The position numbers were made by a program, and so were the translations under genes. From the NCBI GenBank assembly GCA_963754245.1, contig CAVWET010000002.1:178318-242317 (forward strand): DNA of 64,000 bases, in the 5' to 3' direction. Below are positions 40,098 to 49,343 of the stretch, in pieces. Positions within the stretch are counted from its first letter, which is position 1; every line of letters begins with the position of its first letter. The DNA is from an uncultured Alphaproteobacteria bacterium (GTDB lineage: Bacteria > Pseudomonadota > Alphaproteobacteria > Sphingomonadales > Sphingomonadaceae). The notes below the pieces were generated by a model, which saw nothing but the letters and a program-made list of their open reading frames with translations, was not told the origin of the DNA and did not search any database.

Positions 40098-41296
40098 TTC
40101 GCCTCAATTGGCGTGAACGGCGACGGGCGCCTTCGAGCCGGCTCTGGTTCACGCCTTCCGCGCGCGCAATGTAGCCCTTCGACTTCTCGACTTCTTTCCC
40201 AAGCGTTTCGACCGTCTGCTTCATGTTGCCGAGCGCCTGAAGCTTGAACTGATCGATTTGGTCCATCGTGTCGTAGATGTTCTGGAACGCGCGCTGCAGC
40301 GTCTCCAGCGGAATTGTGGAGCTTGCCGCCTGCTCGTGGATCGCTCCCGTTTGAGTGCGCAGCATCTCGCCCGTCGAGTCGATCATGCCGGCCGTCGTCG
40401 TGTTCAGCGCTCCAATCTGCTCGAGCACCAGCTTCTGGTTGGTCATCGCCTGCGCGACGGTAACCGCAGTACGGAGCGCCGAGACCGTGGTGGTCGATGC
40501 GCGATCGACGCCCTTTGACCAACTCGACATTGTTCTTCTTGACGAGGTCGAGCGCCAGATAGCCCTGAACCGTCACCGCCATTTGGGTGAGAAGATCGGT
40601 CGTGCGCTGGCGCGTGTAGAAGAGGGCGGTCTCCCGGATCGCCTTCGCCTTGGCGGGGTCGGTCGCGTCGAGTTCGTTGGCCTTGTCCTCGAGCCGCTGG
40701 TCCAGCGTCTTGGAGATGTGCACCATCTGCTCGAGCTTGTGCATCGTCTTCCACAAGTTCGCGCGTTCGGTGTCGATCGCCGCATTGTCCATCAGCAGCT
40801 CGTCCTTGCCGTTGCCTAGGCTGCTGAGGATCTTCGAGATATGCGTCTGGGAGCTGCGATATTTGTCGAAATAGCGGTCGACCCGATTGCCGAACGGAAT
40901 GATGCCGAGGAGCTTCTTGGTCTTCGTCGCTTCCTTGGGATCTAGTGCTTCCACAGTACGGCGAAGCTCGGTCAGGTCGGCGCCGATGCCGGTATCCTTG
41001 TCGATCGCCTTCACCGGCCGGTCGAGAAAGCGGTTCGAAGCGCCTGCAGCTTCAGCGATCTCCTTGCGGCCCATGGCCGTGAGCTGGTCGACCTTCTTGC
41101 CGAAATCGGGACTGTTGGAATCCAGCGCGGCGAGCTCATCGACGAACTGCGACACACGCTTATCGAGTTCGGTAGTCTCCTCAGCCTTCAAAGGGACCAG
41201 ACCCGAGGCCTCCGCGATTGGGACAGCCTGCAACGCTTCTGGGGGATCGAGCTTGAGCTTCGTTGCGGTCGTGGTCTCCGGTGCTTCCGTGGCCAT
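40090..41296 (-). pseudogene. telA: TelA-family toxic-anion-resistance protein, frameshifted as sequenced
   Basis: ORF 40094..41296 reads like TelA up to ...DLVKKNNVELVKG. It continues in ORF 40090..40530 as VDRASTTTVSALRTAVTVAQAMTNQKLVLEQIGALNTTT...TLQRAFQNIYDTMDQIDQFK. The apparent extra base is in the C-run at 40511..40513. Confidence 0.85.
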
Positions 41297-41522
41297 TCAA
41301 TCTTCCTTTCCGTGCTTCCAGCGCGGCAAGGGTCAACCGTGAACGGCTAGCCTCAGACGCGCAAGAAGCTTCCGGTGTATTATAGGTGCAATACAGATCC
41401 TTGCAAAGAGGCTGAAAAGGTCCGTCATGCTTAAGATTTCTTAACCAATCCCCTCAACAGTTCACTCACTGTGATCAGGCTACAGCGGCGGCAATACGCA
41501 AGAGTTCTTTGGGGATGGATCA

Positions 41523-42977
41523 ATGATCTCCTGGTTCAGGAAACTGTGGCGCGACAAGCGGGGCAATGCGCTTCTCATCATGGGCGCGGCACTCCCTATG
41601 ATTGTCGGCTGTGCCGGCCTTGCAAGCGATACGATCCAATGGACCCTGTGGAAGCGCCAGCTTCAGCGCGCTGCCGACTCGGCGGCGATCGCCGGGGTCT
41701 ACACGCGGCAAAGTGCGGCGGGTTCTACAAGCGGCGTTTCAGCCGCGGTGACCCACGACCTGACGCTCAACGACCACAATTGGATGTCGCTCAGTTCGGT
41801 TCCAACGATCACCTATCCGGGCGTCACGGGCGCGACCAATACGGTGCGTGTCGTGCTGCAAATTCAACAGCGCTTGCCGTTTAGCTCGCTGTTCATGACC
41901 GTAGCTCCAACCATTACGGCAACCTCAACCGCGGCAACAATCGCGGTTGGAGGAAGTGCCTGCTTCCAAGCGCAGGAAACCGGGAGCACAACCGGGCTGA
42001 ACTTTACTGGCAATTCCGACATCGATGCGCCGGACTGCGATGGATTCAGCAACGCGGCGGGGGCGAACACTTCCGTCGCGAAGGGAAGCTCCAACGTCGT
42101 CCTGAATTCGATCGGCGGCGTGGGCGGTATCCAGGCGTCGAACAACTTCCATGTGACCGCTTACCGGCCTTATTCCCCAGCGATGGCGGATCCCTATGCC
42201 AATGTGGATCCGACGCCGGGGGAGATGAATTGCGCGCAGAGCTCCACGACAACGACAACCTATGTCACGATTATCGACACTCCGGAGCAAGGGCACTGGA
42301 AGCAGCAGGGGAACCACCAGGTTTGGGTTGTCGATGTTCCCGCAGTGACGCACCAGCAGGCGCAAACGGTAACCTCCTATTCCCCGCTGTCACTGACTGA
42401 CGCGGACAATGGGAACGTCCAGAACTTGAAGGACGCGAGCGGAAACCAAGCAAACTGCTACACCTCCATCAGCGTCGGCTCCAACCGCACTCTGGTTCTA
42501 CCGAGCGGGACGGCCGGTAATCCCAAGACGTACTTCATCAATGGTGGAGATCTGAACGTCCAGGGAAGCCTGAGTTGCGATATGTGCACCATCATCTTGA
42601 CCAACAAAAGCTCGGCCAGTCCGATCGGCAACATCAAGGTCAATGCCAGCGCGACGATCAATATGACTGCACCGGCGGACGGTAAGTATGCGGGCCTCGC
42701 GCTCTATCAGGATCGTCGAGCGACCGACTGCAACCAGTGCAATAAGATCAACGGAAACTCCGGCTCGATCATCCAGGGCTCGATCTACTTCCCGAGCCAG
42801 GAGCTCGAATATAACGGGACCGGCACGACGAGTGCGATTTGCACGCGATTCATCGCGCGGCGCCTGAACTTCAGTGGCAACAGCGCCACGTCCAATAAGT
42901 TCAAGAAACTTTCGCAATGTGCAGCTTTTGGGATGGACGGCGCTACGGGTTATACAATCGTGAGGTTGGTCGGCTGA
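41523..42977 (+). CDS. TadG-like Flp-pilus assembly / minor pilin-like protein
   Basis: The N-terminus RDKRGNALLIMGAALPMIVGCAGLASDTIQWTLWKRQLQRAADSAAIAG is the TadE/G-like prepilin-like segment. The rest is a large Thr/Asn/Gly-rich domain with several Cys. I did not recognise a vWA motif. Confidence 0.78.
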   Translation: MISWFRKLWRDKRGNALLIMGAALPMIVGCAGLASDTIQWTLWKRQLQRAADSAAIAGVYTRQSAAGSTSGVSAAVTHDLTLNDHNWMSLSSVPTITYPGVTGATNTVRVVLQIQQRLPFSSLFMTVAPTITATSTAATIAVGGSACFQAQETGSTTGLNFTGNSDIDAPDCDGFSNAAGANTSVAKGSSNVVLNSIGGVGGIQASNNFHVTAYRPYSPAMADPYANVDPTPGEMNCAQSSTTTTTYVTIIDTPEQGHWKQQGNHQVWVVDVPAVTHQQAQTVTSYSPLSLTDADNGNVQNLKDASGNQANCYTSISVGSNRTLVLPSGTAGNPKTYFINGGDLNVQGSLSCDMCTIILTNKSSASPIGNIKVNASATINMTAPADGKYAGLALYQDRRATDCNQCNKINGNSGSIIQGSIYFPSQELEYNGTGTTSAICTRFIARRLNFSGNSATSNKFKKLSQCAAFGMDGATGYTIVRLVG

Positions 42978-43495
42978 TGTTTCGCACTCGTAAGTTCCTC
43001 GCCGATGAGCGTGGCGCAGCAATCATAGAGCTGGCGCTGATCGCGCCGATCTTCGCGCTCATGACCATCGGCGTCGTCGACATGAGCAATGCCTACAGCC
43101 GTAAGCTGCAGGCTGAGCAGGGCGCGCAGCGCGCGGTCGAGAAAATCATGCAGACGACGCAGGACGACACCGTCGAGAATACCCTCAAGACCGAGGTGAA
43201 GTGTCAGATCAACGGCGGATCGCCCCCTTGCTCAGGTCGGATCACGGATGCCGATGTGACCGTCACCTGGCGCTTGGAATGCAGTTCCGGCGGCACCATC
43301 ACCGCGCAGACCGCCACCGATCCGACCACTTTCGATGACTTGTTCTGTCCTGTGGTGGGTTCGACCGAGGCTCGATACATCCAGGTAACGGTCAACGACA
43401 AATATACGCCGATGTTTCCGATTCACTTCTACGCTTTGAACGGCTCGGACGGCACCTACCATATCTCGGCCACGGCCGGCATGAGGACTCAGTGA
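42977..43495 (+). CDS. TadE-like pilus assembly protein
   Basis: LADERGAAIIELALIAPIFALMTIGVVDMSNAY is the TadE signature. The start ATG overlaps the tadG-like stop (TGATG). Confidence 0.8.
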   Translation: MFRTRKFLADERGAAIIELALIAPIFALMTIGVVDMSNAYSRKLQAEQGAQRAVEKIMQTTQDDTVENTLKTEVKCQINGGSPPCSGRITDADVTVTWRLECSSGGTITAQTATDPTTFDDLFCPVVGSTEARYIQVTVNDKYTPMFPIHFYALNGSDGTYHISATAGMRTQ

Positions 43496-43926
43496 AGCTT
43501 CGTCGCTGCATCACCCGAGACCAGGATGGCGTCGCCGCCATCGAGATGGCGTTCGCGCTGCCGATCCTGATCGTGATGATCTGGATGTTTGTGCAGCTGG
43601 CGGAAGTTTATCGTGCCGTTGCCGGTATCCAGCAGGGTCTTGGTGAAGGCGCCCGCTTTGCGACGCTGTGTCTGAACCCGAACGTGACGACCGGCTGTGA
43701 CATCCCTCCGCCCGACCAGATTCGAGCGAAAATCAACGCGTCCGTCTATGGTATTGGACCGGGCGCGTTCACGGTCACCGTTCCAGCGGCGCAGGTTGAC
43801 CCGACCTTTGGCGGCCAGTTCTACGATCTTTCCGTCAACTATACCCAGCACACCAGCCTGCTTCTGTTTCCGGGGCCGGACATCTCCGTGACCCGTTCCA
43901 AGCGCGTCTGGGTCGCCACCGCTTAA
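43492..43926 (+). CDS. TadE/TadF-like pilus assembly protein
   Basis: RDQDGVAAIEMAFALPILIVMIWMFVQLAEVY is present. The GTG start overlaps the upstream stop (GTGA). Confidence 0.75.
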   Translation: MKLRRCITRDQDGVAAIEMAFALPILIVMIWMFVQLAEVYRAVAGIQQGLGEGARFATLCLNPNVTTGCDIPPPDQIRAKINASVYGIGPGAFTVTVPAAQVDPTFGGQFYDLSVNYTQHTSLLLFPGPDISVTRSKRVWVATA

Positions 43927-43961
43927 AAGATCAGACGGGCCGCGTTTCGAAGAACGGCACG

Positions 43962-43987
43962 CCAAGGGCGCGAAACTCGCGCCTTGG
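43962..43987. terminator. Hairpin between convergent tadE-like and enoyl-CoA hydratase genes
   Basis: CCAAGGGCGCG-AAACT-CGCGCCTTGG is a 10 bp stem with one bulge. There is no clear U-tract. Confidence 0.35.
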
Positions 43988-44034
43988 AAGCAACGTCGAT
44001 CGGATCTGACGAAGCACCGTTAACTGCTGGCCGG

Positions 44035-44808
44035 CTAACGACCGAAATTCGGCTTTCGTTTCTCGAAGAACGCGGTGAAGGCCTCCTTGGCTTCCGCTGA
44101 GCCGAGCCGCTCGGCGAACACCTCGCTCTCGAGCTTCATGCGCTCGAGGACCTCCTGGCTGGAACCCGCGCGCAGGAGGCGCTGAGTCGCGGCCAAGGCG
44201 TCCGGTGGTTTCGCCAGCAGCTGAGCCACCACGTCCTTCAGCGCGCTATTTAGCTGACCAGACGCTATTGTGTGACTGATGAGGCCGATCGCAGCGGCCT
44301 CCTCAGCCCCAAAAGGCTCACCCAGCAGCAAGTAGCGCGCAGCAAGCCGCCGGCCCGCGAGCCGCGGCAGCAGCAAGGTGCTCGCAGCTTCCGGCACTAG
44401 CGCAAGGTCGACGAATGGCAGCGAGAAGCGGGCGCTCTCGTCGGCGATCACGAGGTCGCAATGGAGCAGCATGGTCGTGCCGATTCCCACACAATTGCCG
44501 TGAACCGCGGCGACCAGCGGCGTCTCGCACGTCGCAAGGCTGCGCAGCAGGCGCCAAACAGGGATCTCGCTTGTGTCGCGGGGCAGCGCCGTCAGAAAAT
44601 CGCCTAGATCATTGCCCGCCGCGAAATCCTGGCCTTCGCCGCGGATTGTGATGACCCGGACGTCATCGTCGCGGGCAGCAGTTTCGATGGCATCGGCCAG
44701 CGCCGCATACATGGCCACCGTGATCGCATTGCGGCGCTCCGGTCGGCAGAGGGTAATCGAAAGCACACCCTGGCTACGCTCGACCCTGACATGTTCGCTC
44801 AACGTCAT
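44035..44808 (-). CDS. Enoyl-CoA hydratase/isomerase family protein
   Basis: The crotonase fold blocks VLSITLCRPERRNAI, ITIRGEGQDFAAGNDL and VAAVHGNCVGIGTTMLLHCDL are present. The start is taken at the internal ATG 44808. Confidence 0.85.
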   Translation of the reverse strand: MTLSEHVRVERSQGVLSITLCRPERRNAITVAMYAALADAIETAARDDDVRVITIRGEGQDFAAGNDLGDFLTALPRDTSEIPVWRLLRSLATCETPLVAAVHGNCVGIGTTMLLHCDLVIADESARFSLPFVDLALVPEAASTLLLPRLAGRRLAARYLLLGEPFGAEEAAAIGLISHTIASGQLNSALKDVVAQLLAKPPDALAATQRLLRAGSSQEVLERMKLESEVFAERLGSAEAKEAFTAFFEKRKPNFGR

Positions 44809-45081
44809 GCCTCCCCGAGATGATTGGCGGCTGCGGGCCATGCCGGTTGTTGGCCGAAGTAGAACCTCGCGCAAGCCCGTAGCGTGAACGCGAGCAGATC
44901 GCGGCACGGGGAGTTAAGCTTCGATTTGGTTCGCCTGCCGCGCCTTCTTGCGCGGAATCTGAATTAGATCAGCTACTTAGGCCGGCACGATTAACATTTG
45001 CGCAACCCTCCCGCGTAACTCTTTCCTAACGGGTGAGCCTCTAATTTGGAGCCATCCTGCGAAGTGGACTGCAGGTGGCAG

Positions 45082-45097
45082 CGGCAAGGCCGTTGCA
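45082..45097 (+). promoter_or_regulatory. Candidate sigma-54 -24/-12 element (cGGCAaggccgTTGCA) upstream of flp
   Basis: GG and GC are spaced as in TGGCAC-N5-TTGCW. The element lies about 25 nt upstream of the flp ATG, with AAGGAG between them. This is a single-site match by eye only. Confidence 0.2.
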
Positions 45098-45120
45098 CTT
45101 GGAACCAAGGAGCGAAGACC

Positions 45121-45282
45121 ATGAGCAAGTTTCTGAAGCTGATTCGTAATGAAGAGGGTGCGACCGCCATCGAATATGGTCTGATTGCGGCCCTCATCGC
45201 CGTTGCGGCCATCGGTGCGATGACCTCGATCGGCAACAGCCTGAACAACACGTTCAACAACGTGTCGAACCACCTCGGCTAA
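45121..45282 (+). CDS. flp: Flp-family type IVb pilin
   Basis: MSKFLKLIRNEEG|ATAIEYGLIAALIAVAAIGAM is the canonical Flp prepilin leader and G/ATAIEYGLIA motif in a 53-aa product. AAGGAG lies 8 nt upstream. Confidence 0.9.
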   Translation: MSKFLKLIRNEEGATAIEYGLIAALIAVAAIGAMTSIGNSLNNTFNNVSNHLG

Positions 45283-45305
45283 GTCTAACTTGGCTTGAAG
45301 TAGTT

Positions 45306-45343
45306 GGGCGGCGGTGCCGGAAGGCGCCGCCGCCTTTCGTTTG
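45306..45343 (+). terminator. Rho-independent terminator after flp
   Basis: GGGCGGCGGTGCC-GGAA-GGCGCCGCCGCC (one G.U pair) is followed by TTTCGTTTG. Confidence 0.65.
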
Positions 45344-45418
45344 TACTCGGCAAAGTTTCCCAAAGACGCAAACCCTTGTTGTAGGAAATTAACCGCTCGG
45401 GGCGTATCCTTAGTGTCG

Positions 45419-45991
45419 ATGGCCACGGTGATCCCCTTCGAGGAACGGGCAGTAGCCCACCTGCGCGAGCGGCTCGGCGCGGTGGAGGAGGCCAACCAGG
45501 ACCTGATCGCCTTTGCCCGCGGTCATTCGGGGGCGGTTGCTTCGATCCATGCGGCGGTGCTGGCGGCAATCGAGGCCGACGGGATGGACGGTCTGTTCCA
45601 TGTCGTCACCCAGGAATGGCCTTTGATCCTCGGCATAGACTCCGTCGCGCTCTCACTGATTATCGGTACCCGCGGCTTCCGCGCAGATGGAGCGGGTGTT
45701 CAGATTGTCGACCCGGCGATCCTCCGGCGTGCGATCGGCCAGGTCGATGGCGTCGAAATGCGTACCGTCGAACGGGGCCACCCGCTGTTCGGGCCGGCTT
45801 GCGAGCTCATTCGGGCAGAAGCCCTGATTCGGATCGATTGCGAGCCGCCACTGCCGGTGGGCCTGCTTGCGCTTGGACAGCGCCAGGCACTCAGCTTGGA
45901 TGCTCGTCATGGATCCGAATTGCTCATGTTCCTTGGGCGCAGCGTTGCGGCTATGATCCGCAAGTGGCTGACCAACCCGCAGGATCTCTGA
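45419..45991 (+). CDS. DUF484 (YigA-like) protein
   Basis: It has a GAF-like domain and occupies the position immediately upstream of xerC, as in the conserved yigA-xerC arrangement. The start is taken at ATG 45419. Confidence 0.75.
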   Translation: MATVIPFEERAVAHLRERLGAVEEANQDLIAFARGHSGAVASIHAAVLAAIEADGMDGLFHVVTQEWPLILGIDSVALSLIIGTRGFRADGAGVQIVDPAILRRAIGQVDGVEMRTVERGHPLFGPACELIRAEALIRIDCEPPLPVGLLALGQRQALSLDARHGSELLMFLGRSVAAMIRKWLTNPQDL

Positions 45992-46899
45992 CCGCACATC
46001 CGGCGAGTAGCCTGGCAGCGAGCTGGGCGAGCCATCTTCAGCACGATCGCCGTCGTTCACCGCACACGGTGCGCGCTTATGTCGCCACCGCGCACAGGCT
46101 GATCGGCTTCCTCGGCCGGTATCGTGGGGAGCAGATCGGAAGTCCGGCTCTCCTCCAGGCCTCCGCGGCAGACCTGCGGGCATTTCTTGCCAGCAGGCGG
46201 GGCGAGGGGCTCGGTGCCTCGTCCGCTGCGCGCGAGCTCTCCGGCGTTCGCGCCTTCCTCAAATATGCTGCGGCCCAGGCAGGGAGCCACGCAACCCTGC
46301 CGCGAACGCGCGCGCCCAAGCGGCCTCGAACCTTGCCCCGTCCAGCCGCTCCGGACGAGGCGCTCGAGCTTGCCGTCGATGCCGCCGAGGCCGCCCATCA
46401 GCCATGGATTGCAGCGCGTGATCTGGCGATCTTGCTGCTTCTTTATGGGTCGGGATTACGCGTTGCAGAAGCTCTCTCGCTTTTGGCACGCGTCCTGCCC
46501 ATCGGCGCGACGCTTCGCGTCACGGGAAAGAGATCGAAAACCCGAGTTGTCCCGGTCTTGCCTGCAGTGCGCGAAGCGATCGAAGCTTATGTCCGGCAAT
46601 CCCCATATCCGCTGACCGGCGATGTGCCGTTGTTCGTCGGCGCGCGTGGCGGTCCGCTCAACCCGGACCTCGTCCGCCGATCGGTGGCGGCGGCGAGGCG
46701 TCGACTGGGCCTGCCCGAGACCCTCACACCCCATGCTCTTAGGCACAGCTTTGCAACCCACCTGCTGGCTCGCGGAGCGGACCTCCGCGCGCTTCAGGAG
46801 CTGCTTGGTCACGCCAGCCTTTCCTCGACACAGATTTATACGGCGGTGGACGCAGCGCATCTTTTGGACGTGTATCGCCACGCCCACCCCCGCGCCTGA
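45964..46899 (+). CDS. xerC: Tyrosine recombinase XerC
   Basis: The core-binding N-terminus is RRRSPHTVRAYVATAHRLIGFL. The catalytic residues are in LYGSGLRVAEAL, HALRHSFATHLL and LLGHASLSSTQIYT. The listed ORF start (45616) is out-of-frame read-through across DUF484. The likely start is GTG 45964 or CTG 45988. Confidence 0.88.
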   Translation: MADQPAGSLTAHPASSLAASWASHLQHDRRRSPHTVRAYVATAHRLIGFLGRYRGEQIGSPALLQASAADLRAFLASRRGEGLGASSAARELSGVRAFLKYAAAQAGSHATLPRTRAPKRPRTLPRPAAPDEALELAVDAAEAAHQPWIAARDLAILLLLYGSGLRVAEALSLLARVLPIGATLRVTGKRSKTRVVPVLPAVREAIEAYVRQSPYPLTGDVPLFVGARGGPLNPDLVRRSVAAARRRLGLPETLTPHALRHSFATHLLARGADLRALQELLGHASLSSTQIYTAVDAAHLLDVYRHAHPRA

Positions 46900-47087
46900 G
46901 CAGAGGCTCGAAGCGATCTTTTGAAATTGTTGCCGCGGGGCGCCGGTTAGTGGGGAAACCAGGCACCGCCGCGGCAGTGATCGCGTTAGGTTTTGGTCGG
47001 TAAACCAGTTGCTAAACATCCGTTTTGGACATTATCAGCAGCTAAGTAGATGAAATACCGACTCTTTCCCCACCGAAGCGGCGCTGA

Positions 47088-48041
47088 TTAGCTGTCCGTC
47101 AAGCGTCGCTGGATCGCATTCCAGATGAGACCCGGTGTGTCAGTGCCGTTGAATTTGTCGATGGCGACGATGCCGGTCGGGGAGGTGACGTTGATCTCGG
47201 TGAGCCAACGCCCTCCAATCACGTCGATACCCACGAACAGCAGCCCACGCTTAGTGCATTCGGGCCCCAGAACCGCGCAGATCTCCTTCTCACCGTCCGT
47301 CAGCTCGCTCTTTGCCGCTGTTCCTCCGACGGCTAGATTGGAGCGGATCTCGCCCTCTCCAGGCACGCGATTGACCGCGCCCGCCACCTTGCCGTCGACG
47401 AGGACGATGCGTTTGTCGCCCTCCGCGATGTCGGGAAGGAATTTCTGGAGGACGTGCGGCTCGCGGTAGTTGCTGTTGAACAGCTCCATCAGCGACGCGA
47501 GGTTTCGACCATCAGCGCCAATCCGGAACACGGAGCCGCCGGCGAAGCCATGCAGCGGCTTGATGACGATCTCGCCATGTTCGGCGAGAAACTTGCGAGC
47601 AAGCCCGAGCGAGCGCGTAATGGCCGTCGGGGGCATGAACCGCGCGAAATCGAGCACCCACAGCTTCTCGGGAGCGTTGCGGACCGCTGCCGGGTCGTTG
47701 ACCACCAAGGTCTCGCTCGCAATCCGTTCGAGCAGGTGCGTGGCCGTGATGTAGCCAAGGTCGAACGGCGGGTCCTGCCTCATGAGGACCACGTCGACGT
47801 CACGGCCGAGGTCCAGGATTTGCGGCTCGCCGAAGCGGTAATGGTCACCTTCGGCACGCTGGACCGTTGCCGGAAAGCCCATCGTCCACAGACGGCCTTC
47901 GGCCCAGCTGAGATCCTCGGGAGCATAATGGTAGAGGCTGTGCCCGAGCTCCTGCGCCTTGAGCATGATCGCGAAGGTGGAATCGCCCGAAATGTTGATC
48001 TTCTCGAGCGGATCCATCTGTACTGCGACGCGGAGCGACAT
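47088..48041 (-). CDS. gshB: Glutathione synthetase (ATP-grasp)
   Basis: VAVQMDPLEKINISGDSTFAIMLKAQELGH and MRQDPPFDLGYITATHLLE are typical of GshB. Confidence 0.92.
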   Translation of the reverse strand: MSLRVAVQMDPLEKINISGDSTFAIMLKAQELGHSLYHYAPEDLSWAEGRLWTMGFPATVQRAEGDHYRFGEPQILDLGRDVDVVLMRQDPPFDLGYITATHLLERIASETLVVNDPAAVRNAPEKLWVLDFARFMPPTAITRSLGLARKFLAEHGEIVIKPLHGFAGGSVFRIGADGRNLASLMELFNSNYREPHVLQKFLPDIAEGDKRIVLVDGKVAGAVNRVPGEGEIRSNLAVGGTAAKSELTDGEKEICAVLGPECTKRGLLFVGIDVIGGRWLTEINVTSPTGIVAIDKFNGTDTPGLIWNAIQRRLTDS

Positions 48042-48073
48042 GGTGGCAGCGCTACGGTGTCGTCAAGACTTTG

Positions 48074-48430
48074 TCACCCTTGCCACACGTTGGTCAGGTG
48101 GCGGGGCAAGCGCCGCGGAACGACGAACATCGCGTCGATGCGCACGTCGTCTCCGGCACGCATATAACGAGGAGCGAGACGCTCTGCTGCGATCCGCGAC
48201 GCGCCGTAGCCGGTACTGGTCGAGAAAAGACGCGGCCGCATCCTCGTTCGCGCGGGCCTTGACTTCAACGAATGCAAGCATCCGGCCCCGTCGTGAAACG
48301 ATGTCGGCCTCGCGCCCCCCCGCGGTACGCGTGCGCGTCTCGCAAGAATGCGCCACCCCTTGAGCCGGAAGTACCGGAAGGCCAGCGTCTCGGCTCCGCG
48401 TCCGCGCCTCTCCGCCTCGTGGCGGTTCAC
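48074..48430 (-). pseudogene. yraN: YraN-family (UPF0102) endonuclease-like protein, two frameshifts as sequenced
   Basis: The N-terminus GAETLAFRYFRLKGWRILARR and the C-terminus are in ORF 48074..48430. The central EADIVSRRGRMLAFVEVKARANEDAA is in ORF 48063..48356. The first shift falls in the C7 homopolymer at 48314..48320 and the second near 48195-48210. Confidence 0.8.
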
Positions 48431-49260
48431 CGCGATCGCTCGAGGGCTCGGGCGTAGGCGCGTTTTCGGGGCACTTTTAGTTGTTCCGCGACTTCCGCCG
48501 CCGCGCGTGAAGGCGAAAGACGTTCGAGCGCATCGTCGAGGGCCTTGTCGAGCTCAGCGTCGGTGGCCTGAGCAGCTTCTGCGCGCGGTGCCACGACAAT
48601 AACGATCTCTCCCTTGGGAGGCGCATCCGCGTACCGGCCGGCGAGTTCCGAAAGACTGCCTGTCAGGCACTCCTCATGCAGCTTCGTGAGTTCGCGCGCG
48701 ACTGCCGCGTCGCGATTTCCCAGTCCATCCGAAAGCGCCGCCAGGGTCTCGCCTAACCGCGGGCCGCTTTCGTAGACTACCAGAGTGGCGCGGATGTCGG
48801 CGATCTCTGTGATCGCATCGGCGCGTGCCTTTGCCTTGGCGGGCAGGAAGCCCAGGAAAAGGAACCGATCGGTCGGCAACCCCGCAAGCGTGAGCGCGGC
48901 AATCGCTGCTGAAGGTCCCGGCACCGTATGCACCGCATGGCCCGCCGCGCGAGCAGCACGCACGAGCTTGTAACCCGGATCAGAAATCAGGGGCGTTCCG
49001 GCGTCGCTGACCAAAGCGACCGCTTGCTCTCCAAGACCCTGAACGATCCGTTCTCGCTCACCTTCATTGGTGTGATCGTCGTAGCGTGACATCGGCACTT
49101 TCGCGCCAATGTGAGCCAGCAGCTTGGCCGTCACGCGAGTGTCTTCGGCAAGGATCCGGTCGGCGCGTCGAAGCGTGTCGGCCGCACGGGGACTGAGATC
49201 GCCGAGATTGCCGATTGGCGTCGCAACGATGTGCAATCCTGGCAATAGCTTAGCGGTCAT
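48427..49260 (-). CDS. rsmI: 16S rRNA (cytidine1402-2'-O)-methyltransferase
   Basis: LHIVATPIGNLGDLSPRAADTLRRADRILAEDTR is present. The start is taken at the internal ATG 49260. The stop overlaps the yraN start (GTGA). Confidence 0.9.
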   Translation of the reverse strand: MTAKLLPGLHIVATPIGNLGDLSPRAADTLRRADRILAEDTRVTAKLLAHIGAKVPMSRYDDHTNEGERERIVQGLGEQAVALVSDAGTPLISDPGYKLVRAARAAGHAVHTVPGPSAAIAALTLAGLPTDRFLFLGFLPAKAKARADAITEIADIRATLVVYESGPRLGETLAALSDGLGNRDAAVARELTKLHEECLTGSLSELAGRYADAPPKGEIVIVVAPRAEAAQATDAELDKALDDALERLSPSRAAAEVAEQLKVPRKRAYARALERSR

Positions 49261-49343
49261 TGTTGAATCGCCAATAAGCTCTTCCAAACCAATCGAAAAA
49301 GAGTCATCATCCTGACATTCATCGCTCGCCTGGGAGAGGTTCG

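Noticed and set aside
40090-41296. TelA as part of a ter tellurite-resistance / phage-defence island
   Set aside because: No terB/C/D/E/Z-like genes are nearby. The only partner is the usual xpaC-like gene.
45964-46899. Tyrosine recombinase as a marker of an integrated mobile element
   Set aside because: It is preceded by a DUF484 (yigA-like) gene, the conserved xerC context. There is no flanking tRNA, no direct repeats and no phage or IS genes.
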